Shown piece by piece: positions 24,794 through 32,787 of a DNA stretch of 45,086 nucleotides. Under the pieces are notes generated by a model. The model was not told the origin of the DNA. It did no database searches and saw only the letters and a program-made list of their open reading frames with translations. Location: contig DASRON010000025.1 of assembly GCA_035646815.1 (NCBI GenBank), positions 1 to 45,086 of the forward strand. Reading direction: 5' to 3'. Each line of letters opens with the position of its first letter. The first letter of the stretch is position 1. The DNA comes from Patescibacteria group bacterium. Its GTDB lineage: Bacteria > Patescibacteriota > Microgenomatia > Levybacterales > UBA12049. A program made the position numbers and the translations under genes.

Positions 24794-24813
24794 CTGACGT
24801 CGCAAAATATTAT
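24794..24813. repeat. right copy of the ~20-bp inverted repeat; candidate recombinase core site
   Basis: CTGACGTCGCAAAATATTAT lies between the promoter and the ATG (24812) of the recombinase gene. Arms TACTATTATTC and GCAAAATATTA are 8/11 complementary around TGACGTC. Confidence 0.55.
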
Positions 24814-25753
24814 GAAAGGAACACTGCCCGAATTAATTAATCAATTCCTAGAGTATCTTGAAATTGAAAAGAATTGTTCTAAATTAACAATTCGTGATTA
24901 TAGGCATTATCTTGAAGTGTTTGATAAATGGCTTACCACTACCCTACCGGATAAGAATATTAAAGATTTAGATTTACAAATTGTTAGAAAATACCGCGTT
25001 TTTTTGGCAAATAGAGAAAATGATAAGGGAATGACTCTAAAAAGAGTTACACAAAATTACTATGTTATTGCCTTAAGATCATTTCTTAGGTTTTTAATTA
25101 AAAATGATTATGATACTCTGGAGCCTTCAAAGATTGATCTTCCCAAAACAGAAAGCAGATCTTTAAAGTTTTTAGAAAGAGAACAGGTTGATCGTTTGGT
25201 AACCGCAACAGATACTTCAAAAGAAGAAGGATTAAGAGACAGAGCAATGCTAGAATTACTTTTTTCTACTGGTCTTCGTGTTTCAGAGTTGGTTAGTTTA
25301 AATAAGGATAGGATAAATTTAGAAAGAAAAGAATTTGGAATAATTGGAAAAGGAGGAAAATCAAGAATAGTTTTTGTTTCAGAAAGAGCAGCAGAATGGA
25401 TAAAAAGATATCTTAATAAAAGAGAAGATATTTTTAAACCTTTATTTATTAGGTATTCAGGAAAGGTAATTGAAGACAATGGTGGTGAGAAAATGAGGCT
25501 TACAGCAAGAAGCGTTGAGAGAATGGTTAAGAAATATGTAAGAGCAGCAAGGATTCCTGTTGATGCAACGGTTCATACCTTAAGACATTCATTTGCAACA
25601 GATTTACTTACAAACGGAGCTGATATAAGGTCTGTTCAGGATATGCTGGGACATAAAAATATTGCAACAACTCAGATCTATACCCATGTAACAAATAAAC
25701 AATTAAGAGAAGTTCATAAGAATTTTCATAGTGGAAATAAAAGTAAGAATTAA
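24812..25753 (+). CDS. XerC/XerD-family tyrosine recombinase
   Basis: N-terminal SAM-like domain (LINQFLEYLEIEKNCSKLTIRDY). Catalytic motifs LFSTGLRVSEL, HTLRHSFATDLL and GHKNIATTQIYTHV. Confidence 0.85.
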   Translation: MKGTLPELINQFLEYLEIEKNCSKLTIRDYRHYLEVFDKWLTTTLPDKNIKDLDLQIVRKYRVFLANRENDKGMTLKRVTQNYYVIALRSFLRFLIKNDYDTLEPSKIDLPKTESRSLKFLEREQVDRLVTATDTSKEEGLRDRAMLELLFSTGLRVSELVSLNKDRINLERKEFGIIGKGGKSRIVFVSERAAEWIKRYLNKREDIFKPLFIRYSGKVIEDNGGEKMRLTARSVERMVKKYVRAARIPVDATVHTLRHSFATDLLTNGADIRSVQDMLGHKNIATTQIYTHVTNKQLREVHKNFHSGNKSKN

Positions 25754-26496
25754 TTAATTTCGTAAGAAAGTGAAATGCTTACAGAAATTGTGTTTTCTCC
25801 AGGTGTAATATCTGTTGGTTCTTGTTTATCCGTTGCCTCAATAGCTCCTCCCCTTCTAAGTGGTACTATGTATCCTGGAGTGCTATTTTGCTCTGTAATG
25901 TCAACTATTTTTCCAAGCCTAATTCCTGCAGCCTTAGCAAGTCCTTCTGCTTTTTTCTTAGCCATCTTAACAGCTTCTTCCCGTGCTTTTTTTTCAAGCT
26001 CCTCTTTTAAATTATCACTAAATGAAAATTGAGCCCCGTTTGTGATATTTGCTCCATTTGCAGTTGCAAGATCAATAACTTTATTTATTTTTTCAATTGG
26101 TTTTACTTTAATTTCTAAAGTCTGTGTAACATTATATCTCGATATGCTTCTTGTTAAATTATTATCGTATTCAGGATATACGGAATAATTAGTTGTTCTA
26201 ATATTTTTTTCTTCAATCCCTTCTTTTTTAAGAGAATCTATTATTGAAGCTGTTATTTTATTTACTTTATTCTGAGCATCTGCTACAGAAAATGAATTTT
26301 GAGTCACTCCAATACTTACAGTTGCAATATCAGGCGCACTAGTTGCTTTTCCTGTTCCTTCTGCAGTAAAAAAACTATTTTTTGTTGTTTGAGTGCTATT
26401 TACTGAAAATGGAATTGGTCCTGCAACCTGGGTATAAAGAATAAAACCAAGGAAGATAAAGATCACAGTATATAGCGGAGTCTTTAGTTCTTTCAC
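25750..26496 (-). CDS. SIMPL/DUF541 family protein
   Basis: N-terminal TM/signal segment and family-like FTAEGTGKATSAPDIATVSIGV...YSVYPEYD. GTG start at 26496. Confidence 0.65.
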   Translation of the reverse strand: MKELKTPLYTVIFIFLGFILYTQVAGPIPFSVNSTQTTKNSFFTAEGTGKATSAPDIATVSIGVTQNSFSVADAQNKVNKITASIIDSLKKEGIEEKNIRTTNYSVYPEYDNNLTRSISRYNVTQTLEIKVKPIEKINKVIDLATANGANITNGAQFSFSDNLKEELEKKAREEAVKMAKKKAEGLAKAAGIRLGKIVDITEQNSTPGYIVPLRRGGAIEATDKQEPTDITPGENTISVSISLSYEIN

Positions 26497-26503
26497 AATC
26501 TAA

Positions 26504-26533
26504 ATATTAGAACTTTTAACGCTTGCTTGTCAA
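26504..26533 (-). promoter_or_regulatory. promoter of the SIMPL gene
   Basis: On the minus strand: TTGACA (26533-26528), 18-nt spacer, TAATAT (26509-26504). GTG 26496 is 7 nt downstream. Confidence 0.5.
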
Positions 26534-26547
26534 CTAATTGCTTTTTC

Positions 26548-26625
26548 CTATTCCTTATAAGTAAGTCCGGGATCTCTTAGGTGAACATGTGGGTCTATAA
26601 GACCAGGTAAAATAATTTGCTTCAT
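26548..26625 (-). pseudogene. pyrC: dihydroorotase (pyrC) remnant: first 25 codons, then a stop
   Basis: The ATG overlaps the carB stop (ATGA). MKQIILPGLIDPHVHLRDPGLTYKE* carries the DHOase signature D-x-H-V-H-x-R-x-P-G. Only about 50 nt remain before the next promoter. Confidence 0.75.
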
Positions 26626-29600
26626 GATAAGTATTCTTCCCAGGATTTTATAGGTAAATCTTTTATCTTTTTTCTTGTAATTGCTTTAATGAATAAAGCT
26701 GCTTTTCTAAAGTTTGTCAAAAGAGGAACGTTGTTGTCAACTGCTGCTCTTCTGATTAAATAATCATCATCTATATCTTTTTTAAAATGAGAATCAACTA
26801 TGTTTATAGCCAAATCAATTTTTCCTTTTTGCAAGAAATCAAGAAGTGTTGGCGACTTATTATCATGGAGTTTGTATAAAACACTGACATTTATTTTATT
26901 TCTTCTCAAAAATTCAGCAGTTTTTTCTGTTGCAAAAAATGGCAGCTTTAATTTTGTGAGTCTTTTTACATTGCTTAAAAATCTTATTTTATTTTCATCT
27001 CCTCCCAGGCTTATAAAAATACCTTTTTTGGGAATTTTTCCACCAACAGCGAGTTCTCCTTTTAAGAATGCTTCTTCAAGATCTTCTCCAAAGCAGGCTA
27101 CTTCACCTGTTGAAGACATTTCAACATGCAGCATGGGATCTGCTCCTGTAAGCCTTGCAAAAGAAAATTGAGCAACTTTAACTGCAACAAAGTCTTTTAC
27201 ATCAGGAATAATTTTTTCATTCCTCTTATTAAAAAAAGCATCAACACAAAGACTGGTAAAATCAATATCAGTTACTTTTGAGATGAAAGGAAGAGTTCTT
27301 GATGCTCTTAAGTTTATTTCAATTACTTGCACGTCATTATTCTTTGCTAAGAATTGAATATTAAATGGTCCTGTGATAGTTAATGCTTTTGCTAATTTTT
27401 CTGCAATCTGTTCAATTTTTCTTTGTGTTTCCATGTAAATTCTTTGTGGAGGAAGGACTATGGTTGCATCTCCTGAATGAACACCTGCGTTTTCCACATG
27501 ATCTGAAATAACTGAGGTTACAATTTCACCTTTGTATGAAACAGCGTCAAATTCTATTTCTTTTGCTTCGTTTATGAATTTTGAAATTGTAATAGGATAT
27601 TCTCTTGAAACTTTAGTTGCATCACTTAAAAATCCTAAGAGTTCATCTTCTGTGTAGCAAATTCTCATAAGAGTTCCTGATAAAACAAAGGAGGGTCTAA
27701 TTAAAACAGGAAAACCTACTTTTCTGGCAAAATTTAATGCTCCTTGTTCTGTTACAAAACTATCCCAGGGAGGCTGAATTACTTCAATGTCATCTAAGAG
27801 TTTTGAGAATATTCCTCGGTCTTCTGCTCTATTAATATCCTTTGGATCAGTTCCCAAAATATTTACTCCGTATGTTTTTAAAGAAGTTGCTCTATTATTT
27901 GGTGTTTGTCCGCCGACTGAAATAATTATTCCAAACGAACCTTCAAAATCATAAATGTCGGCAATTCTTTCAAAAGTTAATTCTTCAAAATACAATCTAT
28001 CAGATATATCATAATCTGTTGAAACAGTTTCGGGATTACAGTTTATAATAATAGATTTTTTGTTATGTCTTTTAAGGCTTAAGGCGGTATTTACACATGT
28101 CCAGTCAAACTCAACTGAAGAACCTATTCTATAAGGACCAGATCCTAAAACTATAACTCCACTTTTTTTAGCTGGTTTGATATCATCGTGGTTTCCGTTA
28201 TATGTTAGATATAGATAGTTTGTTTTTGCTGGAAATTCTCCTGCTAAGGTATCTATTTGAAAAACAGAAGGAAGTACTTTTAATTTTTTCCTTAGCTTTC
28301 TAATATTTAACCCTGATGTTTTTGTCAGCTTCCCTATTCTTTTATCAGATAATCCAATTTTTTTTAAAAGCAATAACTTTTCTTTCTTTAAGTTTCCTAC
28401 GTTTTTAGGTGTTGTCTTTTCGTTATCTACGATAAATTTTATGCGTTCCAAAAACCAAGGATTTATTCCAGTTAACTCATAGATTTTCTTAACTGACATT
28501 TTTTCCTTTAAAGCTCTTGCTATTGCAAAGATCCTTTTAGGAGTTGGGGTTTTAAGATAATCTTCCAAAACTTCTTCATTTTTATACAAAAATTCTGCAG
28601 TTGCTCCTTCAAGTTCTAAATCAAGCATTCTAATTGCTTTTTGATAGGCTTCTTCAAATCTTCTGCCAATACCCATTACTTCACCAACTGATTTCATAGA
28701 GCTACCAATTTTCTCATCAGCTTTTTTAAACTTATTAATATCCCAGCGAGGTATTTTTACAACCATATAATCAAGAGCTGGTTCAAAGCAGGAATATGTA
28801 ACTCCGGTTACTTTATTTTTAATTTCAGTTAAGCTTTTTCCAAGCGCAAGTTTTGCAGCAATATATGCAAGAGGATAGCCTGTTGCTTTTGAAGCAAGAG
28901 CAGAGCTTCTTGAAAGTCTTGCGTTTACTTCAATTACATAATATTCAAGCTCGCATTCAGAGTTTTTGTTATTTGTTTCTTTTTCAACAGGTTTTGGATT
29001 TAGGGCAAATTGTACATTACACTCTCCTATGATATTTAAGCTGCGAACAATTTTAATTGAGGCTTCTCTTAATTTATGATATTCAAAGTTATTTAAAGTT
29101 TGACTTGGAGCAACAACAATTGATTCTCCAGTATGAATTCCCAATGGATCCATGTTTTCCATATTGCAAACTGTTACACAATTATCAAATTTGTCGCGAA
29201 TAACTTCGTATTCGACTTCTTTATAGTGGTAAAGATATTTTTCAACTAAGATTTGTTTTACAAAAGAAAATGTAGTTTGAGCAATTTCTTTTAACTCTTT
29301 CTTATTTGTAGCAATTCCAGATCCTTGTCCTCCCAAAGAAAAGCCGGAGCGAAGCATAACTGGATAACTAATTTTTTCTGCTGTCTTAAGAGCATTTTCA
29401 ACAGATTTTACAGCGTAACTTTCAGGGGTTGGAATATTAATTTTATTAAGGTGAGCGGAAAATTTTTTTCGATCTTCAGTAAGTTCGATTCCTGAAATGG
29501 GGGTTCCTAAGATCTCAACATTTTCTCTTCTAAGAACCCCTTTTTTATGTAGAATAAGACCACAATTTAAAGCAGTCTGTCCGCCAAAAGAGAGAACTAT

Positions 29601-29849
29601 TCCATCTGGTTTTTCCTTTTTAATTATCTTTTCTACAAAAAAATCCGTTACTGGCAGAAAATATACTGTGTCTGCTAAGAATTTGGATGTTTGAATGGTT
29701 GCAATATTCGGGTTTACAAGAATTGTTTTAATTCCTTCTTCTTTAAAAGCTTTAATTGCCTGAGAGCCTGAATAGTCAAATTCTCCTGCCTCTCCTATTT
29801 TTAAAGCACCTGACCCCAAAACTAAAACTTTCTTTATTTTTTTATTCAT
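26622..29849 (-). CDS. carB: carbamoyl-phosphate synthase large subunit
   Basis: 1075 aa with duplicated ATP-grasp halves and a typical N-terminus (KVLVLGSGALKIGEAGEFDYSGSQA). Confidence 0.95.
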   Translation of the reverse strand: MNKKIKKVLVLGSGALKIGEAGEFDYSGSQAIKAFKEEGIKTILVNPNIATIQTSKFLADTVYFLPVTDFFVEKIIKKEKPDGIVLSFGGQTALNCGLILHKKGVLRRENVEILGTPISGIELTEDRKKFSAHLNKINIPTPESYAVKSVENALKTAEKISYPVMLRSGFSLGGQGSGIATNKKELKEIAQTTFSFVKQILVEKYLYHYKEVEYEVIRDKFDNCVTVCNMENMDPLGIHTGESIVVAPSQTLNNFEYHKLREASIKIVRSLNIIGECNVQFALNPKPVEKETNNKNSECELEYYVIEVNARLSRSSALASKATGYPLAYIAAKLALGKSLTEIKNKVTGVTYSCFEPALDYMVVKIPRWDINKFKKADEKIGSSMKSVGEVMGIGRRFEEAYQKAIRMLDLELEGATAEFLYKNEEVLEDYLKTPTPKRIFAIARALKEKMSVKKIYELTGINPWFLERIKFIVDNEKTTPKNVGNLKKEKLLLLKKIGLSDKRIGKLTKTSGLNIRKLRKKLKVLPSVFQIDTLAGEFPAKTNYLYLTYNGNHDDIKPAKKSGVIVLGSGPYRIGSSVEFDWTCVNTALSLKRHNKKSIIINCNPETVSTDYDISDRLYFEELTFERIADIYDFEGSFGIIISVGGQTPNNRATSLKTYGVNILGTDPKDINRAEDRGIFSKLLDDIEVIQPPWDSFVTEQGALNFARKVGFPVLIRPSFVLSGTLMRICYTEDELLGFLSDATKVSREYPITISKFINEAKEIEFDAVSYKGEIVTSVISDHVENAGVHSGDATIVLPPQRIYMETQRKIEQIAEKLAKALTITGPFNIQFLAKNNDVQVIEINLRASRTLPFISKVTDIDFTSLCVDAFFNKRNEKIIPDVKDFVAVKVAQFSFARLTGADPMLHVEMSSTGEVACFGEDLEEAFLKGELAVGGKIPKKGIFISLGGDENKIRFLSNVKRLTKLKLPFFATEKTAEFLRRNKINVSVLYKLHDNKSPTLLDFLQKGKIDLAINIVDSHFKKDIDDDYLIRRAAVDNNVPLLTNFRKAALFIKAITRKKIKDLPIKSWEEYLS

Positions 29850-30877
29850 ATTTTTTTTAAAAAATAATCAAAAATCCATTCAGTATCTGTTGGTCCAGCT
29901 GCTGCTTCTGGGTGAAATTGGATTGACATAAAAGGAAGGGTTTTATGAATAATTCCCTCATTTGAATTATCATTTGCATTTATAAACCAGGTTTCAAAGC
30001 CAGGTGGCACTTTACTTACTTCAAACCCGTGGTTTTGGGTAGTGATATAACATCTATTAGTATTTTTTAAAATACAGGGTTGGTTTTGAGATCTATGTCC
30101 ATACTTGAGTTTTTTTGTATTTCCTCCTGCAGCAAGAGCTAGGAGTTGATTACCAAGACATATTCCAAATATGGGAATTTTTTTATTTAGTGCTTTTTTA
30201 ATAATTTCAATTGTCCTAATTACTTTTTTAGGATTTCCTGGCCCGTTTGAAATAAAGAGTCCGTCAAATTTCAAGCCATTTTTAAAAGGGTCAAAATTCC
30301 AGGGAAGAATAATTAGTTTTACTCCCCTTTTTAAAAAACAACGTTCAATGTTTTTCTTTGCTCCGCAATCAAGCATGGCAATTGTTTTTATGCCACTACC
30401 TTTAGTGATTGGTTTTTGAATTGATACTTTTGAAACTAAATTATCAAGATCGGGGTTATAAAAAGGAATATCGTTATTAAAAATAATTTTTCCCAAGACT
30501 GTTCCCTTTTCCCTAATTTTTTTTGCTAAAAACCTAGTGTCTGATATTTCTAGTGCAGGAATTTTTTCTTCCTTAAGTAAGTTAGAAAGTGTTTGTTTAC
30601 TTTTAAAATGTGAAGGAGTATCAATGTAATTTGAGACAATAAGTCCTGATATTTTTAAAGAATCTGATTCCCAATATTTTTTATCTGGTACACCATAATT
30701 TCCAATTAATGGATAAGTAAAAATTAATATTTGTCCTTTGTATGAGGGGTCGGTTAAGCTTTCCGGATATCCAACCATTCCTGTTGAAAAAACAACTTCA
30801 CCAGCAGTTGAATTTTCAGAACCAAAACTTTCTCCTTTTAAAATTGTTCCATCTTCAAGAATTAATTTTCCAGTCAT
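29846..30877 (-). CDS. carA: carbamoyl-phosphate synthase small (glutaminase) subunit
   Basis: GICLGNQLL active-site Cys and QFHPEA. Overlaps carB by 4 nt. Confidence 0.9.
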   Translation of the reverse strand: MTGKLILEDGTILKGESFGSENSTAGEVVFSTGMVGYPESLTDPSYKGQILIFTYPLIGNYGVPDKKYWESDSLKISGLIVSNYIDTPSHFKSKQTLSNLLKEEKIPALEISDTRFLAKKIREKGTVLGKIIFNNDIPFYNPDLDNLVSKVSIQKPITKGSGIKTIAMLDCGAKKNIERCFLKRGVKLIILPWNFDPFKNGLKFDGLFISNGPGNPKKVIRTIEIIKKALNKKIPIFGICLGNQLLALAAGGNTKKLKYGHRSQNQPCILKNTNRCYITTQNHGFEVSKVPPGFETWFINANDNSNEGIIHKTLPFMSIQFHPEAAAGPTDTEWIFDYFLKKI

Positions 30878-30879
30878 CT

Positions 30880-31857
30880 TTAACCTATTTTCTTTCCTAG
30901 AATTAATGTTAAGAGTGCCATCCTGGTATACATTCCGTTTTCCATTTGATTAGTAAGGTATAATGCGCGTGGATCTAAGTCCACTTCAGTAAGTATTTCG
31001 CCAACTCTTGGTAAAGGATGCATAAGAATAGTATTCTTTGAGGCAAAATCATTTATTAATTTATTATTTAAAACAAAACTGTTCTTAACTTTTTCATATT
31101 CTTTTGCGTTTTTAAATCTTTCTTTTTGTACTCTTGTCCAATACCAAAAGTTTGTATTTTTTGGCATTTCTTTTTCACTATTTATTTCAATTAATTTTAT
31201 TCCTTCTTTTTTAAACTCTAAAAAATCCGACTTTTTTAGTCGGAGTTTATCAGGAGAGAGAAGATAAAGTGTATTCTTCTTAAACTTTGAAAGTCCTTTA
31301 ATTAAAGAATGAATAGTTCTACCGTTTAAAATATCACCAGCAACAACTCCTGTTAGATTATCAAGTTTTCCAAATTTTTCATAAATTGTATATAGGTCTA
31401 AGAATGCCTGAGTAGGATGCTCTCCTACTCCATCACCTGCGTTAATAAGAGGTGAGCTTAGTGCGTTTGCAGCTTCTCTTGCTGCCCCTTTTTGCGGATG
31501 GCGTATGATAATTGCATCTGAATAAGTTTCAAAAACCCGAACAGTGTCTTCAAGGGTTTCTCCTTTTGAAACTGATGAAAAAGTTGTGGGGTCAAGTATC
31601 TCAATTGTTTGTCCTCCTAGTCTTTTAACAGCAGCAGCGAAAGATCCAAAGGTTCTACTTGATGGTTCATAAAATAAAAGAGTAATAATAGAACCTTTTA
31701 AAAGATTTGATATTTTTGTTTTATTTTTTGAAGATTTAATTTTTTTAGTAGTTTTAAATAGAAGTTCTAAATCTTTTCTTAGAAACTGATCTAAGGAAAG
31801 AATATGTTTGTTTTTAAATCTTCCGTTTATTCTTTCCAATGCGTCGATTTTACCCAT
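30880..31857 (-). CDS. pyrB: aspartate carbamoyltransferase catalytic chain
   Basis: HPTQAFLDLYTI and HPLPRVGEI motifs. The carbamoyl-phosphate motif reads SSRTF rather than STRTR. Confidence 0.8.
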   Translation of the reverse strand: MGKIDALERINGRFKNKHILSLDQFLRKDLELLFKTTKKIKSSKNKTKISNLLKGSIITLLFYEPSSRTFGSFAAAVKRLGGQTIEILDPTTFSSVSKGETLEDTVRVFETYSDAIIIRHPQKGAAREAANALSSPLINAGDGVGEHPTQAFLDLYTIYEKFGKLDNLTGVVAGDILNGRTIHSLIKGLSKFKKNTLYLLSPDKLRLKKSDFLEFKKEGIKLIEINSEKEMPKNTNFWYWTRVQKERFKNAKEYEKVKNSFVLNNKLINDFASKNTILMHPLPRVGEILTEVDLDPRALYLTNQMENGMYTRMALLTLILGKKIG

Positions 31858-31886
31858 AAAAAACCAGAGACAGTTGATTGCTCTGG
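31858..31886 (-). promoter_or_regulatory. leader hairpin plus U6 immediately upstream of the pyrB AUG (possible attenuator)
   Basis: On the minus strand: CCAGAG (31886-31881), 11-nt loop, CTCTGG (31869-31864), TTTTTT (31863-31858), ATG 31857. Confidence 0.4.
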
Positions 31887-31892
31887 GATTAA

Positions 31893-31921
31893 ACTTTAGC
31901 AGAAAAAATTTAGTGAGTCAA
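31893..31921 (-). promoter_or_regulatory. promoter of the pyrB-carA-carB operon
   Basis: On the minus strand: TTGACT (31921-31916), 17-nt spacer, TAAAGT (31898-31893). Confidence 0.5.
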
Positions 31922-31932
31922 CGGGGAAATTA

Positions 31933-32787
31933 TTAAATAGAATAAACTAAATTTCTTAAAAGCATTACTACATTTACTGGTCCGACTCCACCAGGAACAG
32001 GAGTGTAGTAAGAAGCTATTTTTGCAATCTCTTCTTGATTATAATCAGGAGTGAGTTTTCCGTTTTTCTCTTTTCTCATGCCAATTCCAATTACTATTGC
32101 TCCTTTTTTTACTTCATTTGAAAAAATAACAGGTTTCCCAACAGTTGAGATTAGTATATCTGCAGACTTTACAATTTTTTCAGGATTTTTAGTTTTGCTG
32201 TCAATAACTTCTGCTTTGATTCTCATGTTATTAAATAAATTTATAACTGGTCTTCCTCCAGTGTCTCCTTTTCCAACAACTACAATTTTTTTAAGTTTTA
32301 ACCACTCGTAAGTATTAGTGCAAGAAAGCCCTTCTTCCTGAGATTTGTTTATTTGAATGTCTGAAAAAATAGTTTTCAAAATTTCTAAAACTGCTTCTGC
32401 AATCGGTTCTTTAAATTTTGAATTTTTTAAAAATCCGTCTACATCTTTTTCTGGTGTTACCATTTCTCTTGTTTTAATTTCATTTATTTGAGGAGGAAGT
32501 GGCCTTTGAATAATTACTCCGTGAACGTTTGAATCTTTATTTAGTTTTTCGACAAATTTTTCAAGTTTATCCTGAGAAAGAGTGTCTTCAAAATTATAAA
32601 TAGAAATTTTTGCCCCAATTACTTTTCCTTTTAATTTTTTTTGATTAACGTAAGCCTTTGAAGGATGGTCACTGCCTATTAAAATAATTGTTAAATGAGG
32701 AATTATTCCTTTCTTTTTTAAGTCTTTTACTTTTTCTTTAAGTTCCTTGAGGACATTTTCTGCTATTTTATTTCCATCAATCTTCAT
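31933..32787 (-). CDS. folD: bifunctional methylenetetrahydrofolate dehydrogenase/cyclohydrolase
   Basis: [15 protein letters not shown]..., VIIQRPLP and [19 protein letters not shown] 32787 (MKIDGNK) is preferred; the track start 32811 extends further into gyrA. Confidence 0.85.
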   Translation of the reverse strand: MKIDGNKIAENVLKELKEKVKDLKKKGIIPHLTIILIGSDHPSKAYVNQKKLKGKVIGAKISIYNFEDTLSQDKLEKFVEKLNKDSNVHGVIIQRPLPPQINEIKTREMVTPEKDVDGFLKNSKFKEPIAEAVLEILKTIFSDIQINKSQEEGLSCTNTYEWLKLKKIVVVGKGDTGGRPVINLFNNMRIKAEVIDSKTKNPEKIVKSADILISTVGKPVIFSNEVKKGAIVIGIGMRKEKNGKLTPDYNQEEIAKIASYYTPVPGGVGPVNVVMLLRNLVYSI

